DNA of 64,000 bases from Ignavibacteriota bacterium (GCA_963787835.1 CAWBEI010000005.1:1-64000); one strand, 5' to 3'. Shown: positions 50,386-61,161, numbered from the stretch's first letter. Notes: a model not told the origin generated them from the sequence alone. Made by a program: numbers and translations.

Positions 50386-51492
50386 ATGTCACGCGAGAAA
50401 ATTGTTATTCTCGCGCTTCCCGGTATTGGGGATGCGCTGCTTGCGACCCCGATGATCGAGTTACTCCGCCGCGCCTATTCTGATGCGGAAATTCATGTGG
50501 TGGTTATGTTCCCAAGCACGCGTGATATGTACTCCCAGGATCCTTATATCGATAAGGTTCACTATTACGATTTTATACATGGTTCCAGATCGGGGAGCAT
50601 GAAGCTCATCTCCGAGCTGCGGAAGCTGCGATTCGATATTTCTATCAATATCTATCCTCAGAACAGACGGGAATACAATATCATTGGGCTGATGATCGGG
50701 GCGAAGCGAAGGCTTTCGGTGAAATACCGGCGTCGCGATCCACAGAATTTAAGCTGGCTGAATACGGATACGATCCTTGAAGATGATACGCTGCATTGTG
50801 TTGAGGAAAATGTTCGGCTTCTATCGTTGCTCGGCATCGATAATGAGCTTAAAGAATCAACACTTCCGAAATTGCGGCTGAATATTGCTGAAAGCCATAT
50901 CAATTGGGCAGATCGCTGGTTTTACGAGCATGGTATTAGCGAAGGACAATTGACGGTCGGGTTGCACGCAGGAACTGCGTTGTTTAAGAATCACATTCGC
51001 CGTAGATGGGCGCCGGAAAAATTCGCGGAACTCGCGGTGCGTCTATCAAAAGAAACGGGAGCCAAAGTGTTACTCTTTGGTGGCCCCGATGATCATGATG
51101 CGAACGACGTTATTAGAGCAAAAGCCGGAGATTGTGTGATCCCGGTTGTAGCAAATAATATATTAGATTCAGCGGCCGTGATGCGAAAATTGAATCTCTT
51201 CGTTTCAAACGATTCGGCGTTGATGCACATGGCCGGCGCTCTGCAATTGCCAACAGTAGCTATTTTCGGACCCACGAATGAAACCTACGTTCATCCCTGG
51301 AAGACACGATACAAGATCGTGCATACCGGCATTGAATGCCGGCCATGCTTCATTTATTCGCCGAAGCCGCTAACGTGCTACCGTCTCGATCCCTCGGAGC
51401 ACTTTCTGTGCATTCGAGCGATTGAGGTAGAACAGGTATTCGGGGCCGTGAAAGAACTGCTTCACCCAGGGCACGTCCTGCCTATTATTTAA
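50386..51492 (+). CDS. Glycosyltransferase family 9 (heptosyltransferase-like)
   Basis: GIGDALLATP, RRW..EKF, VSNDSALMHMA, VAIFGPT. Confidence 0.9.
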   Translation: MSREKIVILALPGIGDALLATPMIELLRRAYSDAEIHVVVMFPSTRDMYSQDPYIDKVHYYDFIHGSRSGSMKLISELRKLRFDISINIYPQNRREYNIIGLMIGAKRRLSVKYRRRDPQNLSWLNTDTILEDDTLHCVEENVRLLSLLGIDNELKESTLPKLRLNIAESHINWADRWFYEHGISEGQLTVGLHAGTALFKNHIRRRWAPEKFAELAVRLSKETGAKVLLFGGPDDHDANDVIRAKAGDCVIPVVANNILDSAAVMRKLNLFVSNDSALMHMAGALQLPTVAIFGPTNETYVHPWKTRYKIVHTGIECRPCFIYSPKPLTCYRLDPSEHFLCIRAIEVEQVFGAVKELLHPGHVLPII

Positions 51493-54400
51493 TTAATAGG
51501 AGCGTCCCGCGCAGGGTTCCACTCGTCGAAGTTGCGTTCGTAAATCGAATGCCGTAATAATAGCTTCCGGCCGGAAGATTTCCCATGTGGAATGTGTATG
51601 GGACGGTTCCGTTTACAGAAAGCGATAATTGATCGTGGGAGATCTCTTCGCCAATCGCATCGTAAAGTATTATCTCCGCCACACCATTTGCAGCAGAGTG
51701 TAAATTAAGGGTGGTCTGGAACCCATTCTCTTCTGTGACGGGATCGGGTCGTGGTTGCTCCGAGGTAACGATCGGCTGTCCATTCAGAACGCTGATCAGA
51801 AGGCTATCGCCGCATTGCAACGAGATGGAAGTATTCTGGCCGCCGGGGGTGTTCGTCGATAATACGCAATTACTAAATTGTACGTCCCCTCCATTCAAAG
51901 AAATGGAATCAACTTGAATGACTCCGCCAACAGAGTCCGAGATCATCGTTTCCATTGGGAGAGTAACCAATGGAACTGTTGGATCAAGAGCAATACCCGA
52001 TGGCTTGGTTACATGAAACGGGAAGTATTCGATTTTACCAATGTCGTAGGGTTTATCGTTGGGATCCAGTTGGCCAGCCGATGATGTCATCGATCCCGGC
52101 TCAAAATTATCGCGGCGATATTGGAAAACGCCGTGAACTTCCTGCAAACCCATTCCTGCCGATACTTTAATATCGGGGGTAAGCGTCGCACTGAATACAT
52201 CGCCGGCACTCACGGGCATATTCGAAAGGCCAAGAATGAAATGAACGGTGCCCGGAGGTTGAACAAGGCCGAGCAATTTTACTGTGTCCATTGGATTTGT
52301 CGCTGCCGACGACCGGAAAAATATAGTTGTTTTGAGGCTGTCCGTAGTGGTTCCATTATAGACGACGTGCAGCGTGACCGAAACTCCCGGTGAGATCAGC
52401 AAAACACTATCGGATGGATTTGCGAGCACAAAACCGGAACCCGCAAGGCTATCGTGAACTGCTAATGTTCCACAGCCCTGATAAGTAAAGGTGATCGTCG
52501 TATCGATGGGAGTACACTGATTGGTAGCAGGGAATGCCAACGAAGATGGCGTAGTCATGGTCAGGACAGACGGCCCTCCGCCTTGTGTAACCGTGAGCGT
52601 AACAGGCACTAGCGAATCAACTATGGTGCCGTTAGCCAGAGTGTATTGAATAGTGAGATCGCCACTATAACTTCCAGCAACCAGATTGGTGATGGCAAGC
52701 GTAACATGGATGGAATCGCCGCCAGTGAGCAGTGATGGCAGCGGTTTGTCAGTGTGCGTTGCGAATGCAGCATTAAGCGTAGGATCGAGCACCAGGCCGG
52801 TTACCCTAAGTGTATCACAGCCGGTATTATATATTGCGAACGAAACGGAATCAGTAGGGTCGCATTGAGAAAGTGTCGGGAAAGCAAACAGGTTCGGATT
52901 GAGCGGGGGATTGGTCTCGAACGAAGACAATCCAGAAACGCCTGTACCGACGAGGATAATAGAGGTATCTCCACTGGTTAATCCACTGTTGACAGCATAA
53001 AAAAAAGTCGCTTTGCCAGACTGTGTCGTTTTTTGTGTAGGCGTATAGTGAATGCGTAACAGAAGTGACAACCCTGGCCCGATCGTTTTAGGTAGTACCA
53101 TAGAATCGATCAATAGAAACGGCGCGGGTAGCTTAAGGCTATCGACAAACGCTGCATTGCAGGAAGTATTCAGGAATGTTAGCGTATCAGTGACGCCAAG
53201 CGTGCCGCAGATCGCGTCAGTTCCAAAATTGATCGTATCCGGATACACAAGTTTACCGGATGGTGCTCCTGCTCCGGAAAGCGCGATGATATTTGAACTA
53301 TCGAAACCAAAATATTTATAATGGAGTCGAATTGTTGTATTATGGGTGCCCAAACTCAGTGGAACAAAACGAACGAGAACGTTGCGGATACTATCGCCGG
53401 GAATGCTTAACGGCAGGTTTAGTGGATTTCCATTCGTATCGAGTAGTTCATAGTGTATATCCGAAAGATCGGCTTTTGTGATCGTAAGGGTGTCACATCC
53501 GGTGTTTGCAATGGCTAATAGATTATCGGTCGAGTCGCAGGTGGCGAGAGAATCGAATACGAGGGTAGTTGGAATGGTAAGTGCGGGCCGCAACGTATTC
53601 AGCTTTGCACTGGTATGCAAGCCTGCTCCGAATGACGTATCGTGTCCCATGTAATGCATGGTTACTTCCAGGGAATCGGAAATAATTGCAGGACTGGTGG
53701 GTGTAGCGCGCAACTTAAAGAGGACGGTGTCACCGGGGCCAATATGGATCGGTAGGATTAGGGAATCACCCGCAGAGTTTGAGAGCGTCCAATTGTTTTT
53801 CGCCAGAAACGCTTGGGTGATGGCCAGTGAATCGCACCCCTTGTTGATCAAGCGTATGGTAGTATCAACCGCATTGCAGATATTTAGTGTATCTGCAAGG
53901 ATCGACTTAGCGCTCAGCGAATAGTCCGCTGGGACAGAAAGCCCTTGAAGGGATACCCGTAAATACACGGTATCGTATGGGTTAAGACCCCAATCCGGCT
54001 GGTAATAATTTACCTGGAAGATGACCTGAATCGTTACCGAATCCGATGCGGCGGAATCCATCATTGCTCCCGGATGCCAACCAAGACCAAATGCAACGGA
54101 ATCACCGGGTACGATGGGAGCGTAGGGCTCCGGATAAACATTGATGAACACTGCGCCAGTAGTATCGGGCCGTCGAGTGGAATCGAAAATGGCAACACTC
54201 TCGACGATAACGATCCCATAATTCGGATTGTGCAGATAGTATAGATTTTTATCTGTATCGCAAATTATTGAGATGGCCGGGGCAAGCTTATCCGTGTCTA
54301 TAAATACACACTGTGGAATAACAAGTGCAGTATCACCTCCGTCAGTAGTTTTCCAGAGTCCACCCGCACCATCGGACGCATAAACAATATCGCCACAGCC

Positions 54401-55423
54401 CGTGACGGAGAATCGTGTATCGGTTACAGCATAGGAACCTCCATCGCTCTGGTTTGGTCCACCAACGGCAACCCACGTTTTTCCGGAATCGGTAGAGCGC
54501 ATGAGGCCATGAGGTGGATTTGTGAGGGCAGAACTCGTTGCGCCGCTGTTTTGAACATAGATCACTGCGTTGACTCCCTGAATTCCGCCTGTCGTTTGCA
54601 TGGGAAGCATTGTTGCTTGCGTCCAATGTTGGCCGAAGTCGATGGATCGGAGAACCGGGGAAGGTTGTGCAACGCCGGAGATGGCCGTATCTTCGGGGGC
54701 GGCAACAAATGTTCTGGAGTTGATTATTGGATACACTCCAAAGGCTTCATGCTGAATACCACCAGGAACGGTGCTCCAATTCAGGCCGCCATCAGTTGTC
54801 GTTAAAAAAGTTGAATTCGGATCTCCAAGCTTATATTCCGTCATGACACCGTACAAATTATCTACAAAACCTAACCCGTTTTTCTTCGAGCTATGTGGCA
54901 TACTCCAAGTCGCTCCTTCGTCTGTCGACGTCCAGTAACCGACCCCCAATGGTTCCGTAACTGTTAGTGTACTGGTAGTTTGCCGCACGGATGCTGGGCC
55001 AATAAATTGCGGCTCATTCAGGAGCGGATTCCATGTTTGTCCGCCATCGGTTGTTCGCCAAAGCCGTGGATCGTTGATATTCAGGCTGCCAGAGATCACC
55101 AACCATCCACTATCCTGATCGCTGAACCAAATATCTCTTACGATAGGAATGGTATTATTCAGCGTCGGTACGATACAATCGGTCCATGTGACACCTCCAT
55201 CGGTGGTTCGCTTAACCATGCCGGTGTTTGTTGTGATGTTATTCCACTCGAACCCAATAATGCCGACCTGCGGATTAAAGAACCAGGACGCCGTTATGAA
55301 CCCATCCGTGTCGGGGAATTGAATGATCTTCTTCCAGTTCGTATTCTGAGCGTGGGAGGGTGTGGAATAAAGAAAACACAGCGCAATAAGGAATACGGCT
55401 GCGTTCGTGAGACGTTTTAACAT
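51485..55423 (-). CDS. Large secreted protein: BNR propeller, tandem Ig-like domains and C-terminal sorting domain
   Basis: Signal peptide from MLKRLTN (55423), TTDGG.TW repeats, repeated C...N.GCD[ST]L modules, C-terminal LYDAIG...LPAGSYY. Confidence 0.85.
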   Translation of the reverse strand: MLKRLTNAAVFLIALCFLYSTPSHAQNTNWKKIIQFPDTDGFITASWFFNPQVGIIGFEWNNITTNTGMVKRTTDGGVTWTDCIVPTLNNTIPIVRDIWFSDQDSGWLVISGSLNINDPRLWRTTDGGQTWNPLLNEPQFIGPASVRQTTSTLTVTEPLGVGYWTSTDEGATWSMPHSSKKNGLGFVDNLYGVMTEYKLGDPNSTFLTTTDGGLNWSTVPGGIQHEAFGVYPIINSRTFVAAPEDTAISGVAQPSPVLRSIDFGQHWTQATMLPMQTTGGIQGVNAVIYVQNSGATSSALTNPPHGLMRSTDSGKTWVAVGGPNQSDGGSYAVTDTRFSVTGCGDIVYASDGAGGLWKTTDGGDTALVIPQCVFIDTDKLAPAISIICDTDKNLYYLHNPNYGIVIVESVAIFDSTRRPDTTGAVFINVYPEPYAPIVPGDSVAFGLGWHPGAMMDSAASDSVTIQVIFQVNYYQPDWGLNPYDTVYLRVSLQGLSVPADYSLSAKSILADTLNICNAVDTTIRLINKGCDSLAITQAFLAKNNWTLSNSAGDSLILPIHIGPGDTVLFKLRATPTSPAIISDSLEVTMHYMGHDTSFGAGLHTSAKLNTLRPALTIPTTLVFDSLATCDSTDNLLAIANTGCDTLTITKADLSDIHYELLDTNGNPLNLPLSIPGDSIRNVLVRFVPLSLGTHNTTIRLHYKYFGFDSSNIIALSGAGAPSGKLVYPDTINFGTDAICGTLGVTDTLTFLNTSCNAAFVDSLKLPAPFLLIDSMVLPKTIGPGLSLLLRIHYTPTQKTTQSGKATFFYAVNSGLTSGDTSIILVGTGVSGLSSFETNPPLNPNLFAFPTLSQCDPTDSVSFAIYNTGCDTLRVTGLVLDPTLNAAFATHTDKPLPSLLTGGDSIHVTLAITNLVAGSYSGDLTIQYTLANGTIVDSLVPVTLTVTQGGGPSVLTMTTPSSLAFPATNQCTPIDTTITFTYQGCGTLAVHDSLAGSGFVLANPSDSVLLISPGVSVTLHVVYNGTTTDSLKTTIFFRSSAATNPMDTVKLLGLVQPPGTVHFILGLSNMPVSAGDVFSATLTPDIKVSAGMGLQEVHGVFQYRRDNFEPGSMTSSAGQLDPNDKPYDIGKIEYFPFHVTKPSGIALDPTVPLVTLPMETMISDSVGGVIQVDSISLNGGDVQFSNCVLSTNTPGGQNTSISLQCGDSLLISVLNGQPIVTSEQPRPDPVTEENGFQTTLNLHSAANGVAEIILYDAIGEEISHDQLSLSVNGTVPYTFHMGNLPAGSYYYGIRFTNATSTSGTLRGTLLLIK

Positions 55424-55583
55424 ATTGGTACAAAAGGCGTTAGTGCCACTTTCAACTAAGTCTGATCCACGGGCAGGCACAGCTGCCCGATATCGTATTT
55501 TTGACATAAAAAACAGCACGAAAGTTGCATGTCACGCAAAAAACAGGTTCGGAATTCGAATAGGAGTCCTTTTGGATCGGGTG

Positions 55584-58361
55584 CTATTTTATTAGAACAA
55601 ACCGACTTGAAATGAAAGCATAGCCGCTCATGATCCTAAGGTAATACTCACCAGAAGCAAGGCTGCTGACATCCCATGTTAACTGATTTTGAGAAGAAGA
55701 CAAAGGAAAACTTCTTTTTTCGAGAACATCCCCGAGCACCGATACGATCTCTGCCTGACATCCGACGATGTTGGGGTCGTTTTTAGTGAGTCCGATCAAC
55801 AGTTGATCTTCAGATGTCTTTAGATCTGAAAGAATAAGCGGTGCCGTTCCCTCATTTCCCGAAGTAACGCCGTCCGCACACGCAAAGGTCACTTGAGTTT
55901 GGGGTGTTGTATCGAAGGTGGTAAGTGCTCCTCCATACGCACCATGAATATGCGCATATACTTGCGCCGTAAGATTCAACCCCTGGGGTGGGAATGAAAT
56001 TAGCAACGTATCGGATTCGCCCATCATAAGAGTCCTTGGGAAGGAGAGATTGGTCGTAAAGTTCACGCCATTCGTTGCAGTCACATCGCAGGTCGAAATG
56101 ATGGCGCTGTCGCACGGAGCGTGAAGAATCACAGGAATAGTAGCTGTGGAGCAATTCGAAAGGCTGAACTTTGGAGCCTCTGTCACCAAGGGCTGCGTAT
56201 TCTCCCCGGATACATTCAGAGCAATCGTTATCATAGTATCGAGCGATGTGAGGTCGCCAAATCGGTCAATAAAACAATAGAAATCCAGTGGTCGAGCCTC
56301 AATGCTTGGATAGATCGGTTCTACCGTGAACCGAACGGTGTCGGTCGAGCCTTCAAAAATGGTGTCAGGTTTAGCAAGACCTCCGGAAACGATCACGCCG
56401 GGGTTATTAAAACCAATGGAATCAATGCGAATATTCTCACACCCAGCAGCTTTAATATAGACCGGAACCGTCACAGGAACGCATGACGTAAGGGGAAGCG
56501 CAGATGGCGCTGAGACCCGAGGATGGGTCGATCCAAAAGCAAACGCATGGAACGAGAGCATAGTATCGAAAGGGATATTCTCAGGAACGAAGTGGCTGAA
56601 TATGTTAAGCCCATAGGTCATGGGGTCAGCATAATCTTTCCCGTTCGGAGCAAATCGGAGCCAAAGTGTATCGGTCGCGCCACGTTCAAGATGCTGTGCT
56701 GGCGTCGTTTCGAAAGTTACGCGGCCATCCGGCGGCGTGACGGTTAGCGAATCAAGGGAGAGTGAATCACAAGGAGCAAGGCCGAATGCGATCGGTATCT
56801 TTACAGAATCGCATGCATTGATCGCCATAGAATCGACCCAACTCCATTGAAGAGGTTCCGGTACGATGCTTATGGTAAACGCAGTATCCCAAGAATAGAT
56901 CGTGCAAGCCACCGTATCATAGGCCTGAAGGTGGACGAGGGTGCCGATAGGAAGGCTTGGAGCCGTTGGATTTAGCCAGAGCGTATCATGCAAACCAGAG
57001 CCAAGATTGATGGAGGTATCGGTTGGCGTTACAGACCACCCGCTGTCCGCAGAAATGGAAACGAACATTCTTAATGCCTGATTTTGGGAATAAATAGCAA
57101 GCGGAATGCGTGGGATCTCGCAATTCTGAAGTTTCACATTCGGCGTTTTCATCGGCAATGGCACCGTTACAAGCGTAAACGTATCGAGCCACTGGAATTG
57201 ACTGCATCCATCAGAGGCAGTGGTATAGAGGTCAACAAAGGTAGGCTGCTGTGCCTGCGTTGGGGATACTCTGTACCACACGGTGATCGGAGCTCCGGGT
57301 TGGATCTCGAACGTCGTATCCGACGGTGCAAGGGATTGAGGCCCCAGAGTGAACGGCTGCATGTTGATCTGAAAGGGTCGAGTAAAGGCTCTGACCGTCA
57401 CCGGGACTCTTGAAACGGGGCAACTTTCCAGAGTATCTCCTCGGGTGATCGGATCGGCCGGTCTCACCGTATCGGCATGAGTAAATAACCAGATTTCTCC
57501 GCCGCTCATGGCAACGATGTATTTTCCTTTTGGTCCAAAACCAAAGATGCCGCGTTCCCCACCGGTTGCCTTGGGACCTCCTAAAAATTGCCAGCTTGTT
57601 CCTGCATCTAAGGAAACCCACACACCCGAGGTATCTTGCCGACAGACCGTTCCATCGGAACCATTTAAGATATCTTCCGAAAGATTGGGCCCACATGCCT
57701 TCCAGGAACGTCCGCTATCGAGTGAATAATAGCTCGGAGAATTAGTGGGGAGTGGTCTGCTCGATGCAAAGAACATTTTTCGGCATGTGTCGGCATAGGA
57801 ATCAAGGCCGCCGATGCTGCTATAGCCGGTGGGCGTCTTCCACGTCTTGCCTCCGTCGGTGGAATAGCTGGGAACTTGTCCGTTGAGATTCGTTTCAATG
57901 CAAATGTTGGAATCGAGCCTGGCGAACGTTCCCGCTCTTGCCGCATGAACGCTATCCTGCGCTAAATAGGAATCGTAGGCGAAGTTGCCGGCGGTCGTCG
58001 AATTTTTCCAGGTCGCACCGCTATCTGTGGAAACCCAAATATAGCTCGCTCCGGAAGTTGCATACAGCACACCCGGCTTCAGCTCGCGGATGGATGTAAA
58101 GTAGGATGGATTGTCACTCGGAGTCGTTGCGGTGTTCCAGTAGCCATTCTTCCAGACCCAAATGGACCCCACGCCTGCCACCACGCCATGCGTCGTATCG
58201 TAGAAATAGGCGCAATACATCGCGGTAGGCTGAGTACCAAGCAGTTTCCAGACCTGGGCTTGGCCAATGCCTGCGTAAGATAACAGGCAAACGAGGAACA
58301 TTACCGTTCGAAACATCGATGTTCGAAGGATCGTGAGACGGCTGGTCTTAGGAAAAATCAT
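55584..58361 (-). CDS. Secreted BNR plus Cys-containing Ig-like repeat protein with T9SS C-terminal domain
   Basis: STDSGATW, STDGGKTW, SLDSGRSW; C-terminal IVSVLG...DVSSLASGEYYLRI...RFVLIK. Confidence 0.85.
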   Translation of the reverse strand: MIFPKTSRLTILRTSMFRTVMFLVCLLSYAGIGQAQVWKLLGTQPTAMYCAYFYDTTHGVVAGVGSIWVWKNGYWNTATTPSDNPSYFTSIRELKPGVLYATSGASYIWVSTDSGATWKNSTTAGNFAYDSYLAQDSVHAARAGTFARLDSNICIETNLNGQVPSYSTDGGKTWKTPTGYSSIGGLDSYADTCRKMFFASSRPLPTNSPSYYSLDSGRSWKACGPNLSEDILNGSDGTVCRQDTSGVWVSLDAGTSWQFLGGPKATGGERGIFGFGPKGKYIVAMSGGEIWLFTHADTVRPADPITRGDTLESCPVSRVPVTVRAFTRPFQINMQPFTLGPQSLAPSDTTFEIQPGAPITVWYRVSPTQAQQPTFVDLYTTASDGCSQFQWLDTFTLVTVPLPMKTPNVKLQNCEIPRIPLAIYSQNQALRMFVSISADSGWSVTPTDTSINLGSGLHDTLWLNPTAPSLPIGTLVHLQAYDTVACTIYSWDTAFTISIVPEPLQWSWVDSMAINACDSVKIPIAFGLAPCDSLSLDSLTVTPPDGRVTFETTPAQHLERGATDTLWLRFAPNGKDYADPMTYGLNIFSHFVPENIPFDTMLSFHAFAFGSTHPRVSAPSALPLTSCVPVTVPVYIKAAGCENIRIDSIGFNNPGVIVSGGLAKPDTIFEGSTDTVRFTVEPIYPSIEARPLDFYCFIDRFGDLTSLDTMITIALNVSGENTQPLVTEAPKFSLSNCSTATIPVILHAPCDSAIISTCDVTATNGVNFTTNLSFPRTLMMGESDTLLISFPPQGLNLTAQVYAHIHGAYGGALTTFDTTPQTQVTFACADGVTSGNEGTAPLILSDLKTSEDQLLIGLTKNDPNIVGCQAEIVSVLGDVLEKRSFPLSSSQNQLTWDVSSLASGEYYLRIMSGYAFISSRFVLIK

Positions 58362-58481
58362 GAAATTCTGCTATTTGGTCACTCGATCGGGAATACGAGC
58401 GACACGGGAAACACCTCAAACGTTACATTGACGCCTGAGAAATTTCTGGTGTAGCAGCGATAGAACCCTTATCTCCAAGAA

Positions 58482-58731
58482 AGAGGTGCCATTTCTTTTT
58501 CTTGTGAGTTCCCGATGTACCCTCGTTTCCAAGCTGTTTTGGCCGCTCGTTCTGAAAGAAATGCAAAATCAGCTTTCTCAAAGGACTCGTTCATAACGAA
58601 ACCTACCGCCCCTCTCTATTTTCAATGAACTCCCCCCATCCTCCCCTAATCCTGAGAATCCTGTAAATCGTGGTCCATCTTTCATCTTTTCCCCGGATAG
58701 GTGCCCATCAACTCACCACCAATATACGACA
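58482..58731 (-). repeat. ~260-bp dispersed non-coding element, copy 2 (inverted relative to copy 1)
   Basis: Reverse complement matches 27712-27972. Confidence 0.92.
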
Positions 58732-58769
58732 AAAAATAACCCGCGCAAGAAATTCGGCTTGCGCGGGTT
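58731..58769 (-). terminator. Rho-independent terminator of the 58790..61132 gene
   Basis: AACCCGCGCAAG/CTTGCGCGGGTT perfect 12-bp stem, followed on the minus strand by ATTTTTT. Confidence 0.88.
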
Positions 58770-58789
58770 GGAGTTGACTTTAGAAGTGC

Positions 58790-61132
58790 TTAATGTGATA
58801 CTGTAAACTTCACAGCATTGTGCGTGCCTTCGGTTTGGAGATCCGCAAAGTAGATACCGCTGGGAAGCATGGAGCAATCGAGCGATAGGCACAGGCCAAG
58901 TTCGGATTCAGGTGTTGCATTATAGAGCGTTGCTACAGAGGCGCCCATTTGGTTCACGACATCTACCACAACGGGAATGCCACCGGGTAAATCTGCAACG
59001 CAGACTTTTACAATACCTGAAGCCGGATTTGGATGAACTGTAACGACGAAAGTGGAGGTGTCAAGTGCTGAGCCAGGGTGACCGTCGGCCATTTTTTCAG
59101 AGCAAGGCGGGGCAGCCCACACAGTGGGTGCACCATAAGAATTTCCCGAACTATTATATGTAGTAACAAGGAAGGTGCTACCACCAAAACACTCAGGCCC
59201 AATATTAATTGAAGCACTCGTTGCACTTGCTGATAATGTTCTGATTGGAGTGCTGCCGCTATTTTGGTAAATTTTTATCCCCGACTGAAGATTAATGTAG
59301 TCACCGCTTGTGTAGTTCTGAGGTTCCCATGAAAGATTGGCGATGTAGTTACCACCACCACCCTCGACTATTGAAGCTGTTAGGTTCTTCACTTGTGCGG
59401 GGCGCATTGGCGTTGAAGCATCTCCCGTGGTGAGTTGATATATCTTTTCGATGGAACATTTCTCCAAAGCTGGAGGGGGGGTAGCTGAGCAGTCCTCTGT
59501 TGAAAGCCCTAAAAAAGTTTCGATATTGTCTTTAAAGGTTCCGATATTTGCCATATCATAACTAAATCTTGTCACAGAGAAAATTGCCGAAGGTTCCCCA
59601 ACGTCATCATTGTCGTAGCTCTCGTAATCGGGATCTCGGAATCCTGCATCGTTGTATTTATCATACACGTTGCAAAGGAAACAAGCAGCCTGTGTCGTAC
59701 CATCATGGGTCTTGCCATCGAACGTTACCTTTTCAAAGTCACCCGTTTGGTCAATGTAGTCGCCGTAATTTGCGCGCGTATACCACCGCGCAACTTCGGA
59801 ATGGAACTGCGCCCACCCTTCTTTAAGATCATGATTGAGTGGGAGTGTTCCGCCCAAAAGCAAATAATTGCAATAATGTCCACATTCATGATCAACAACA
59901 GCTGATGAAGGGGGGACAGGATCAAACTGTAAATAGTTTGGATTTGGATATGCATCAACAAACTCGTCATTTCCAGTTGCAACCGAAGTAATTTCTGTTA
60001 ATATTTGTGCAGGTGTTATACCTACTCGAGGGGTACTGTCGAATTCTCGTGCCATTTCTGAATTTCGAAGAATTGGTCCGTCAATTGAATTCAATGGATT
60101 ACTCATCTTGATACCTGTTTGCGAGATAAGCGCCGTGTTGTTGCATGGAATGCAAAGTCCATACGTTTCACGAAATGTCGTCCAAGGCGCACATGTCGTT
60201 CCTGAGCCATTGATCCTGTAAGTGCTTACTTCATACCCCGGATCGCTTTTGAGTAAAACAGCATCGTTCGAAGCGGTTACGAGAAGTTCAGCATTTCCAT
60301 AATTTGCCCACGTAGGATCAGAAATAGAAAAATTAAAACTAAAATTACCATCTGCATCACATTTGCAATAGTGCACACCCGAAAGGCACCCAGATACCGG
60401 ATGGGTAAAATTCAAATCTAGAGCACCTGTTGGGCAATCCTGAACGCCGCCAGATTCCGATAGACTATGAAAAAGTAAAACAACAGTCACTCCATAAGCA
60501 CCCTTCATAATTGTTGGACGCGTATGTGATGTTCCCACTGGAGGATTGTATTCGGAAAATTCTTGGTCAACATCCTCATACAGCACTTGCCCAGTTAGTG
60601 TGATATGAGCGCCTGAACCTAAAGATCCTTCGGCAGTCATTGTGCCGGTGTCATTCGCGTTGGAGCCATGGTTGAGAATTTTAAAGCTTGTTGATGAACT
60701 TTCAATTTCGAGTGCATTGTAGCCATAATTCATAATTCCTGTCGGTGGCGCAGTATCCGCACTAAATAAAGCATCAAGTAGAGAGCCTCCGTACCCAAAA
60801 AGTTTCAAGGGTATAGAATAGGTATATTCCGTCCCGGAATCGACCACAATACTCGAATCGAGAGATGTTTCAGTATCGCTCCAGGATGGGGGCTGAATGT
60901 TTGCAGAAAAACCGAGTTTAAAAACTGCTGCACCTGTCACATTCGCATGAAATTTAATCAACATGTGAATAGTATCGCCTACATGTGGAGTCGGGCTCGA
61001 TATCACACCAACCGAGTCGACTTTAAATGTCGAAGGCCCGACCGTGTCATAAATCTGAGCCACACTACGGTTAGGAGTCATAAAAAGCAAAAGCACAAAT
61101 AACACAAAACTGATTTCTAATTGGTACTTCAT
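58790..61132 (-). CDS. Secreted zinc metallopeptidase-like protein with FN3-like and T9SS domains
   Basis: HECGH...LKEGWAQF gluzincin-type motif, ANLSWEP...TTYNSSGNS, VHPNPA...LPSGIYF. Confidence 0.75.
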   Translation of the reverse strand: MKYQLEISFVLFVLLLFMTPNRSVAQIYDTVGPSTFKVDSVGVISSPTPHVGDTIHMLIKFHANVTGAAVFKLGFSANIQPPSWSDTETSLDSSIVVDSGTEYTYSIPLKLFGYGGSLLDALFSADTAPPTGIMNYGYNALEIESSSTSFKILNHGSNANDTGTMTAEGSLGSGAHITLTGQVLYEDVDQEFSEYNPPVGTSHTRPTIMKGAYGVTVVLLFHSLSESGGVQDCPTGALDLNFTHPVSGCLSGVHYCKCDADGNFSFNFSISDPTWANYGNAELLVTASNDAVLLKSDPGYEVSTYRINGSGTTCAPWTTFRETYGLCIPCNNTALISQTGIKMSNPLNSIDGPILRNSEMAREFDSTPRVGITPAQILTEITSVATGNDEFVDAYPNPNYLQFDPVPPSSAVVDHECGHYCNYLLLGGTLPLNHDLKEGWAQFHSEVARWYTRANYGDYIDQTGDFEKVTFDGKTHDGTTQAACFLCNVYDKYNDAGFRDPDYESYDNDDVGEPSAIFSVTRFSYDMANIGTFKDNIETFLGLSTEDCSATPPPALEKCSIEKIYQLTTGDASTPMRPAQVKNLTASIVEGGGGNYIANLSWEPQNYTSGDYINLQSGIKIYQNSGSTPIRTLSASATSASINIGPECFGGSTFLVTTYNSSGNSYGAPTVWAAPPCSEKMADGHPGSALDTSTFVVTVHPNPASGIVKVCVADLPGGIPVVVDVVNQMGASVATLYNATPESELGLCLSLDCSMLPSGIYFADLQTEGTHNAVKFTVSH

Positions 61133-61161
61133 GGTAGTAGTTGGTTAAGTTGAAAAACACA

